A stretch of DNA of 25,904 nucleotides from Actinomycetota bacterium (GTDB lineage Bacteria > Actinomycetota > Humimicrobiia > Humimicrobiales > Humimicrobiaceae). Made by a program: the position numbers and the translations under genes. The notes under the pieces were generated by a model that saw only the letters and a program-made list of their open reading frames with translations, had not been told where the DNA came from and did no database searches. Every line of letters begins with the position of its first letter. Positions within the stretch are counted from its first letter, which is position 1. Positions 18,811-25,904 of this stretch are shown piece by piece. Location: positions 1 to 25,904 of the forward strand of contig JAQUMQ010000001.1 in the NCBI GenBank assembly GCA_028718045.1. The letters are read 5' to 3'.

Positions 18811-20457
18811 ATGCGTTTACCAATAAAGATTATGATAGTATTGTTGCTATGTCTAGCGCTTGTATTGTCTGCTTTTGGTTGTAAAACAACTCCCGTAGCA
18901 ACAACTTCAGAAACTACTGCGGTGTCCGAAACAACAGCAATCGAGACTACGACAGCTGATGAAAAAACTTCTGATAATACATCTTCTAAAGACACACTAA
19001 TATTTAACTTAGATGTGGATATTACTGGTGGGCTTGATGCTACTCAGACACTTGAGACTACCGGTCTTAAAGTTTCTACTTTAATTAGCGAAACTCTGGT
19101 TGGAATTGATTGGGAAACAAATGAAGCATACCCAATACTTGCAGAATCTTATGATGTAGCAAGCGATGGGAAATCTATAACATTTAAAATCAGGGAAGGT
19201 GTAAAGTTCCAAGATGGCACCGAATTGAATGCGGATGCTGTTTTATTTAATTTCAACAGAGTAACAGATACGAATAATGAATATAACAAACAAGGGAATT
19301 TTCCATATGCATCATATATAGCCGATTTAAAAATGGAAAAAATCGACGATTTTACAGTTCGTGTTTCAACTGATATTCCGGACCCAATGCTTTTATGGAA
19401 AATGGGTCTTTACTCCAGCTATATCCAGAGTCCAACTGCTGTAGAAAAATATGGCAAAGATTACACCTTAAATCCTGTAGGTACTGGTCCTTATAAATTC
19501 ATTTCATATGAACAAGGAGTAAAAGCCGTACTTGAAAGAAATGAGGATTATTGGGGGGATAAGCCGGCAATTAAAAACATAATATTTAAAATTAATCCGG
19601 ATAATCAATCAAAAATTGCGGATTTGTTAGCAGGAAATGTTGATGTAATTACGCGAGTACCAGCGGATCAAATTGCTGTTCTTGAAAAAACTTCTGGAGT
19701 AAAAGTATATAAATTTCCTACAATGGTTAATGAATTTTGGGTATTTAACTGCTCTAAAGAAGCTTTGAAAGATAAAAGAGTTAGGCAAGCTCTAAACTAT
19801 GCTTATGATAAAAAAAAGTTGGAAGAAGTCAACCAAGGAAGGCTTGTTGCACAGTATTATCCATGGGTTGAAGGTGCTTCTGCTTTTAATTCCGATGTAC
19901 AAAGATATGACTATGATCCTGAAAAAGCAAAGCAACTGCTAAAGGAAGCTGGATATGAAAATGGTCTGAAACTTACTTTAGTAACCAATCCTGATGATTC
20001 ATATAAACCTTGGTATCTTTTATTGCAACAGAATTTAAAAGATGTCGGTGTGGATCTTGAGATCAAAGTTATTGATTCGGCTTCTTTTTATGATCCAAAG
20101 GTTGGCGTATTCAATAAGGACACTTTTGATTTATGTTTGTCAGGATGGGCTACTCCATATCCGGACCTCGGTGCTTATTTTCAAAGATGGTACTCAAAAG
20201 ATAAATCACCTGATGGATGGAATATATCGCAATATGAAAACGCTGATGCAGATAAGATAATGGAACAAGCTAAAAATATGATGGATAAGGCACAGCGTGA
20301 TAAATTGCTTGAAGAACTCCAGGTAATTATAGCTGATGATCCTCCATGGATATTTAGTGTCAGGAATATGTTTGTTGTGGCTGCTCGCGATGATGTTGAG
20401 GGATTATATATAAGACCAAATTGGATATCTGATCTTACAAGAGCATATTTTAAATAA
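18811..20457 (+). CDS. ABC transporter substrate-binding lipoprotein, family 5 (Dpp/Opp/Nik type)
   Basis: Lipobox LSAFGC, Thr-rich linker, FKIREGVKFQDG signature, PVGTGPYK; GAGGAGGT SD upstream. Confidence 0.93.
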   Translation: MRLPIKIMIVLLLCLALVLSAFGCKTTPVATTSETTAVSETTAIETTTADEKTSDNTSSKDTLIFNLDVDITGGLDATQTLETTGLKVSTLISETLVGIDWETNEAYPILAESYDVASDGKSITFKIREGVKFQDGTELNADAVLFNFNRVTDTNNEYNKQGNFPYASYIADLKMEKIDDFTVRVSTDIPDPMLLWKMGLYSSYIQSPTAVEKYGKDYTLNPVGTGPYKFISYEQGVKAVLERNEDYWGDKPAIKNIIFKINPDNQSKIADLLAGNVDVITRVPADQIAVLEKTSGVKVYKFPTMVNEFWVFNCSKEALKDKRVRQALNYAYDKKKLEEVNQGRLVAQYYPWVEGASAFNSDVQRYDYDPEKAKQLLKEAGYENGLKLTLVTNPDDSYKPWYLLLQQNLKDVGVDLEIKVIDSASFYDPKVGVFNKDTFDLCLSGWATPYPDLGAYFQRWYSKDKSPDGWNISQYENADADKIMEQAKNMMDKAQRDKLLEELQVIIADDPPWIFSVRNMFVVAARDDVEGLYIRPNWISDLTRAYFK

Positions 20458-20469
20458 TATTATGATTTA

Positions 20470-20509
20470 TAATGGGTAGGATACATCATTATATCATTCC
20501 TACCCATTA
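20470..20509 (+). terminator. Intercistronic stem-loop after the substrate-binding protein gene
   Basis: TAATGGGTAGGA / TCCTACCCATTA, a perfect 12-bp stem with 16-nt loop and no T tail. Typical of mRNA-stabilising or attenuating hairpins after SBP genes. Confidence 0.6.
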
Positions 20510-20521
20510 ACAGAAACAAAA

Positions 20522-21490
20522 ATGAAAAAATATATCATAAAGAGACTAATATCAATAATACCTGTGCTAATAGGCATATCAATAGTTGTGTTTTTTTTAA
20601 TAAGGATGATTCCAGGTGATCCTGCCTCATTAATGTTAAGCAGTTCGCAGTCGTCCGACCCTCAATTCATAGCTAAGTTTAATGCTGAGTATGGTTTAGA
20701 TAAACCAATTATAGTTCAATATATAATGTGGATGAAAAAAATGGTTACCGGCGATATGGGTGATTCCATTTTTTTAAGAGATAAAGTCATTAGCATAATA
20801 TTAAAAAAATTTCCGGTTACGTTAACATTAACCATAGGTGCGTCATTAGTTGTTGTCGTGGTAGGGCTCTTGATTGGGGTTTTTGCTGCTGTTATATCAA
20901 GCAGCGGGAAATATAAAGCGGTTGATAAAATTTTATCAGCTGTTCCAATAGCCGTATTGACGATACCAGATTTTGCGCTAGGGCTTTTTCTTATGTTTGT
21001 TTTTTCAGTTAAACTAAATTTACTGCCACCTGTGGGTTTTGAGTCAGTGAGTGGAAATACCAATTATTTAGATGTGATTAGACATATGATATTGCCTTCA
21101 CTTACATTAGCAGGCGCATCATCAGCAGCAACCGTAAGATTGGTACGGTCATCAGTACTTGAAGTGATAAGAGAAGAATATATAATAGCCGCAAATGCAA
21201 GAGGAATAAAACCCATCAGGATTTTGTTCGGTCATGTATTGAGAAATGCGCTTATACCAGTTGTAACTAATACAGGGGTTATGTTTGGAAGCATGTTGGG
21301 AGGGGCGGTTATCGTAGAAACGATATTTGCATTACCCGGTATGGGTAAAATGATGGTTGATGCAATATTGATGAGAGACTATCCAATGGTCCAGGGAGGA
21401 GCATTATTTATCGCATTTTCCTATGTGTTAATAAATTTGATTGTTGATTTCTCCTACTCTTTAATTGATCCGAGAATAAAATATGAATGA
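20522..21490 (+). CDS. ABC permease, DppB/OppB type
   Basis: PGDPA, GDMGDS, EAA loop (EEYIIAANARG) and HVLRNAL. Confidence 0.93.
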   Translation: MKKYIIKRLISIIPVLIGISIVVFFLIRMIPGDPASLMLSSSQSSDPQFIAKFNAEYGLDKPIIVQYIMWMKKMVTGDMGDSIFLRDKVISIILKKFPVTLTLTIGASLVVVVVGLLIGVFAAVISSSGKYKAVDKILSAVPIAVLTIPDFALGLFLMFVFSVKLNLLPPVGFESVSGNTNYLDVIRHMILPSLTLAGASSAATVRLVRSSVLEVIREEYIIAANARGIKPIRILFGHVLRNALIPVVTNTGVMFGSMLGGAVIVETIFALPGMGKMMVDAILMRDYPMVQGGALFIAFSYVLINLIVDFSYSLIDPRIKYE

Positions 21491-21506
21491 TCAAGGTTGG
21501 TTGTAA

Positions 21507-22349
21507 ATGACCGATAAAAATAAAAGAAGAAAAAAATTAAAAAATAAACTATTTCTTATCTCAGTGATTTTTATTGCTGTGATTGCATTGTCTGCAATAT
21601 TTGCTGAATATATAGTTCCTTATGATCCTGATTATGTAGACATAGACAGCAGGTTATTACCGGTTGGCAGTCCAGGACATATCTTGGGTACCGACAATGT
21701 AGGCAGAGATATAGCAAGCAGACTTATTTATGGTGCAAGAGTTTCGCTTATCGCCGGTATTGTACCTTCTATTTTAGCAATGCTAATAGGAGCAATTATC
21801 GGATTAATTTCTGGTTATATCGGAGGTGTGCTAGATAATATAATAATGAGAATAGTTGATATAATGCTTGCTTTTCCTTTTATGCTTCTTGCTCTGGTTT
21901 TTGTAACTGTCTTGGGACCTTCTTTGAAAAATGCCGTTTTAGCAGTAATGATTGCGACTGTTCCAAGAAACATAAGATTGATACGAGGAGAGACGCTTTC
22001 GCTAAAAGAAAGAGAATTCGTAAGTGCATGTAAAATTCTCGGCTACAGTAAACCTAGAATATTAATAGGCGAGCTTTTCCCTAATGTTTTTGCGACAGCG
22101 GGTACTATTATTGTCAGTGACATTTCTTTAATGATTCAAGCAACTGCAGGATTAAGTTTCTTGGGATTGGGAGTGCAGCCACCTATTTCAGACTGGGGTT
22201 CTATGGTAAATGAAGGGAGAGCATATTTAAATACTGCACCGCATATACTTTTAGCTCCGTGTACCTTAATTGCATTGATTTGTTTTTCATTTGCCATAAT
22301 TGGCGACGAGCTGTACAAAAAATACAATCCTCAGCTTAGTAAGATATAA
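21507..22349 (+). CDS. ABC permease, DppC/OppC type
   Basis: LGTDNVGRD, GARVSL, EREFVSACKILG and SFLGLG. Confidence 0.93.
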   Translation: MTDKNKRRKKLKNKLFLISVIFIAVIALSAIFAEYIVPYDPDYVDIDSRLLPVGSPGHILGTDNVGRDIASRLIYGARVSLIAGIVPSILAMLIGAIIGLISGYIGGVLDNIIMRIVDIMLAFPFMLLALVFVTVLGPSLKNAVLAVMIATVPRNIRLIRGETLSLKEREFVSACKILGYSKPRILIGELFPNVFATAGTIIVSDISLMIQATAGLSFLGLGVQPPISDWGSMVNEGRAYLNTAPHILLAPCTLIALICFSFAIIGDELYKKYNPQLSKI

Positions 22350-22352
22350 ATT

Positions 22353-23354
22353 ATGAAAGTAGTTGAAAGTATGGATGAACTCTTAAAAGTCTGTAATTTA
22401 AAAACTTATTTTAAAAATGAAGATAATATATTAAGAGCAGTTGATGGCATAAGCTTTGAAATTTCAAAAGGTGAAATGGTAGGGCTGGTGGGAGAATCGG
22501 GCTCAGGTAAGAGCGTTACATCATTATCTATATTAAAATTGATCAGTCCTCCAGGATATATCGCGGGAGGAAGAATTTTTTATAAAGGGCGTGACTTATT
22601 AAAATTAAATGATAAAGAAATGCAAAAAATAAGAGGAAAAGAAATAAATATGATTTTCCAGAAACCTATTACGTCAATAAATCCTGTTATATCAATCGGC
22701 AATCAATTAATGGAAAATATTATTACACATCAAACTGTAAATAAAAGAGAAGCGGAAAGAATAGCTATAGAGTATCTTGATAAAGTCGGTATCGCGGATG
22801 CCAAATTGAGATTAAAGGAATATGCTCATCAATTTAGTGGGGGAATGTGTCAGAGAATCATGATAGCTATGGCATTATGCTGTAACCCCGGGCTGTTGAT
22901 TGCGGACGAACCCACTACTGCCCTGGATGTAACCATACAAGCTCAGGTACTAGATCTTATTAGGCAGATAAACAAAGATTTTAAAACAAGCATTCTTTTA
23001 ATAACACATAATCTTGGACTGGTGTTTGAATCATGCACTAAAATATTAGTTATGTATGCAGGCCAGATAGTTGAGCAAGCAGAGACAACTGAACTATTTA
23101 ATAATACTTTACATCCTTATACTAAAGCATTGCTCAGATGCATACCAAAGATTGAAAGCAATGAAGATATTATACCGCTTGAAGGGAAACCTCCTTTGAT
23201 GACTGAAGAAATAGCTGGTTGCGAATTTGCACCAAGATGCAGATATCAGATGGAAAAATGTTATAAAGAAAAACCATCGATAATCAATGTTTGCCTTAAT
23301 CATAAAGTAAGGTGTTTTAAATACACAAAAAAGATTGAGGAGAATAATGGTTAA
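22353..23354 (+). CDS. ABC ATPase, DppD/OppD type
   Basis: Walker A GESGSGKS, FSGGMCQR, DEPTTALD. Four C-terminal Cys (C-x5-C-x6-C-x17-C), the pattern that binds [4Fe-4S] in characterised DppD proteins. Confidence 0.93.
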   Translation: MKVVESMDELLKVCNLKTYFKNEDNILRAVDGISFEISKGEMVGLVGESGSGKSVTSLSILKLISPPGYIAGGRIFYKGRDLLKLNDKEMQKIRGKEINMIFQKPITSINPVISIGNQLMENIITHQTVNKREAERIAIEYLDKVGIADAKLRLKEYAHQFSGGMCQRIMIAMALCCNPGLLIADEPTTALDVTIQAQVLDLIRQINKDFKTSILLITHNLGLVFESCTKILVMYAGQIVEQAETTELFNNTLHPYTKALLRCIPKIESNEDIIPLEGKPPLMTEEIAGCEFAPRCRYQMEKCYKEKPSIINVCLNHKVRCFKYTKKIEENNG

Positions 23355-24306
23355 TATAAAGGATAATATAATATGTCTCGAAAATATAGTAAAGGATTTT
23401 CGCAGATCGAATTTTAGTGCAAGTGGTAAGCTTAGAGCTCTAAGCAACATCAATTTAAATTTAGGTTATGGTGAAACTCTTGGTATAGTGGGAGAAAGCG
23501 GCTGTGGGAAATCGACACTCGGCAAGATTATCGTGAGTCTTGAAAAGCAAACAGAAGGAAAGCTTTATTATAAGGGCATAGACCTTTCAAGTTATAGCAG
23601 AAATGAATTTAGAATTTACAGAAAAGAAGTACAAATGATATTTCAAAATATAAGTGCATCATTAAATCCTAGAAAAAAAATCGGGAGTCTCCTTAAAACA
23701 CCTATGCTTATTAATAAAATAGAATCTATTGCTAACATAAAAAACAAAGTTATGAGCTTGCTAGAGGAAGTAGGTTTAGATGAAAATACTTATTATAGAT
23801 GGCCTTCTGAACTTAGTGGAGGGCAACAGCAGAGAATAGGAATATGCCGTGCACTTTCCATGAAACCGAAAATACTTGTAGCCGATGAACCGACATCTGC
23901 CTTGGATGTTTCTGTTCAAGCACAAATAATAAGGCTTTTAAAGCAGTTGAAAAAAGAGTATGGATTTAGCTTAATATTTATTTCTCATGATCTTGCCGTA
24001 GTTAAAAACATAAGTGATAAAGTAGCGGTTATATATCTAGGACAGATAGTCGAACAGGCACAGACAAATGAATTGTTTAGTAATCCGTGCCATCCATATA
24101 CAAAAGTTCTGCTGTCTTCAATACCCACAACAAATCCGAATAAAAAAAGCGAAAGACTGAAAATTGACGGCGAGATAAAGGAAGTCCATGACAGAAAGAT
24201 ATGTCCTTTTTATGATAGATGTTTTTTAAAAAAGGATATTTGCGGGATTAAGAATCCGGAATTTAGAGAAGTTAACGACAATCATATGGTTAAATGTCAT
24301 ATATAA
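23347..24306 (+). CDS. ABC ATPase, DppF/OppF type
   Basis: GESGCGKST, LSGGQQQR, DEPTSALD and a C-terminal 4-Cys cluster. ATG 23347 follows GAGGAG (track start 23335). Confidence 0.93.
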   Translation: MVNIKDNIICLENIVKDFRRSNFSASGKLRALSNINLNLGYGETLGIVGESGCGKSTLGKIIVSLEKQTEGKLYYKGIDLSSYSRNEFRIYRKEVQMIFQNISASLNPRKKIGSLLKTPMLINKIESIANIKNKVMSLLEEVGLDENTYYRWPSELSGGQQQRIGICRALSMKPKILVADEPTSALDVSVQAQIIRLLKQLKKEYGFSLIFISHDLAVVKNISDKVAVIYLGQIVEQAQTNELFSNPCHPYTKVLLSSIPTTNPNKKSERLKIDGEIKEVHDRKICPFYDRCFLKKDICGIKNPEFREVNDNHMVKCHI

Positions 24307-24493
24307 TAAGGAATATTAATTAAGGTACGATTTGAAAGGTAAAAATTTGTTATTCGATGAATGTGTTAACAATGTATGAAACAATAGAAAATAAATACAA
24401 ATATTAGAGTATATGGCAGAGGTCTTTTAATAAATTTTTATTTATATCAAGAATAATATTTAAACCCTAATTAAATTGATAGGTAGGAGTTAA

Positions 24494-25904
24494 ATGGAGA
24501 AATTTTTTAAAAGTAATTTTAGGTTCAATATATTGAAAAGTGATGAAATCAAAGAAATTTTTAATGCGAGCATGGATATATTAGAAAAAACAGGAGTAAA
24601 AGTATTTAGTACAGAAGCAGTAGAAATATTTAAAAAGAATGGTTGTATTATAAAAGATGACAATATAGTGCATATTCCAAATTCATTGGTAAAAAGTACT
24701 TTAAATAGTATACCTGAAAGAATAACTATATATAATAGAATTAGCGAACCGGCAATGATTATGGAAGATGGGATAATTCATTATGGAACTGGTTCAGATT
24801 GCCCAAATTTTATAGATCCTTATACTCAAGAAAGAAGACCCTCCACTAGTCAAGATGTCATAAATTCTGCGATAGTATCCGATCATCTTAATGAGATAGA
24901 TTTTCATATGTCTTTAAGCAGAGCAAGCGAAAAATCACCCGAGAATCATTTAATTCATCAATATGCGTTAATGTTAAAAAATACTATAAAACCATTAATT
25001 GTAACTGCAAAAAATAAAAATAATTTGGAGAAAATCTATAGTATTGCAGCATTGATAAGCGGGAGTAAAGAAGATTTTAAATTAAAACCAAATTTTATTT
25101 TGTATCTTGAACCAAGTTCTCCTCTTATGCATTCTAAGGATGTTTTAGAAAAATTAATTTTTTCTGTTGAAAATGATATTCCATTGATCTATGCTCCATG
25201 TCCTATGGCTGGTGCAACATCTCCAGTAACAAAAGCTGGTACTCTGGTCATTGCTCTTTGTGATTCACTTTCTGGAATAGTTTTGACTCAATTAATCAAA
25301 CCTGGCGCTCAGGTGTTTATGGGAGGAGTTATTTCAAATTTGGATATGTCAACATTAATAATGCCTGGTGCTTCACCTGAATTTTTATCTATGTCAGTAG
25401 CGCTGACTGAGATATCCAGAAATTTAAAAATTCCCATGTTTTCTACAGCAGGATGTACAGATGCAAAAACAGTAGACGAACAAGCAGCGATAGAAGTAAC
25501 TGATTCAATAATATTTGCGGGTCTTTCTGGTGCAAATATTATACATGACCTGGGATTTTTGCAATCATCCTTAACTGGTTGCCTTGAACTAGTAGTAATG
25601 TCCAACGAGATAATTAGAAAAATGAAAAAAGTATTCGAGGGGATAAAAGTAAATGAGGCAACTCTTATGAGGGATGTAATTAATAAAGTAGGTCCTGGTG
25701 GTAATTATCTACTTGAAGATTCAACCGTAAGATTATTTAAAAAAGAATTCTTTTTCCCAAAATTATTCAATAGAGATAATTATGAAAATTGGTTAAAAAA
25801 AGGAAGCAAACCTTTAAAAGATAGACTTAATGAAGAAGTATTGTTTATTTTAGAAAATCACAAAACAGAGAAGATTGAAAGTATAGTCAATAATAAAATT
25901 AATA
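24494..25904 (+). CDS. MttB-superfamily (trimethylamine methyltransferase family) corrinoid methyltransferase, non-pyrrolysine; partial, runs off right edge, not in ORF track
   Basis: SD AGGAG, then ATG 24494 and 470 codons with no stop. Motifs ILEKTGV, YGTGSD, EPSSPL, MAGATSPVT.AGTL, QLIKPG, DM..GASPE, AGCTDAK..DEQA.IE, GANIIHDLG and VGPGG. Confidence 0.9.
   Translation, partial: MEKFFKSNFRFNILKSDEIKEIFNASMDILEKTGVKVFSTEAVEIFKKNGCIIKDDNIVHIPNSLVKSTLNSIPERITIYNRISEPAMIMEDGIIHYGTGSDCPNFIDPYTQERRPSTSQDVINSAIVSDHLNEIDFHMSLSRASEKSPENHLIHQYALMLKNTIKPLIVTAKNKNNLEKIYSIAALISGSKEDFKLKPNFILYLEPSSPLMHSKDVLEKLIFSVENDIPLIYAPCPMAGATSPVTKAGTLVIALCDSLSGIVLTQLIKPGAQVFMGGVISNLDMSTLIMPGASPEFLSMSVALTEISRNLKIPMFSTAGCTDAKTVDEQAAIEVTDSIIFAGLSGANIIHDLGFLQSSLTGCLELVVMSNEIIRKMKKVFEGIKVNEATLMRDVINKVGPGGNYLLEDSTVRLFKKEFFFPKLFNRDNYENWLKKGSKPLKDRLNEEVLFILENHKTEKIESIVNNKIN

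Noticed and set aside
6452-25904. Prophage or ICE integrated at tRNA-Ala
   Set aside because: No integrase, phage or conjugation genes, and I found no duplicated tRNA 3' end (att) within the window.

Overview
AT-rich bacterial chromosome segment, almost entirely on the + strand. Bases 1-6527 are housekeeping genes in the order typical of the Actinomycetota oriC-adjacent region: 3' end of a DciA/DUF721 gene, gyrB, gyrA, an extra DUF4870 gene, a DUF3566-like gene, tRNA-Ile(GAT) and tRNA-Ala(TGC). This suggests an unusual low-GC, probably anaerobic actinobacterium (inference). Accessory modules follow the tRNAs: (i) a DUF4380-like gene with an MtaA/CmuA-family methyltransferase; (ii) an orphan ParA-like ATPase directly followed by a bactofilin; (iii) a membrane hypothetical, an orphan divergent galactitol-type PTS IIC, a 2-oxoacid dehydrogenase E2, a zinc-ribbon protein, E3 and a Cof-type HAD phosphatase, with no E1 and no PTS IIA/IIB in the window; (iv) a GntR regulator, a Dpp/Opp-type ABC importer and a non-pyrrolysine MttB-superfamily methyltransferase that runs off the right edge and is absent from the ORF track. 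A loxP-like palindrome and a 26-bp palindrome lie between the divergent IIC and E2 genes. Family calls are from motif recognition by eye; no searches were run.
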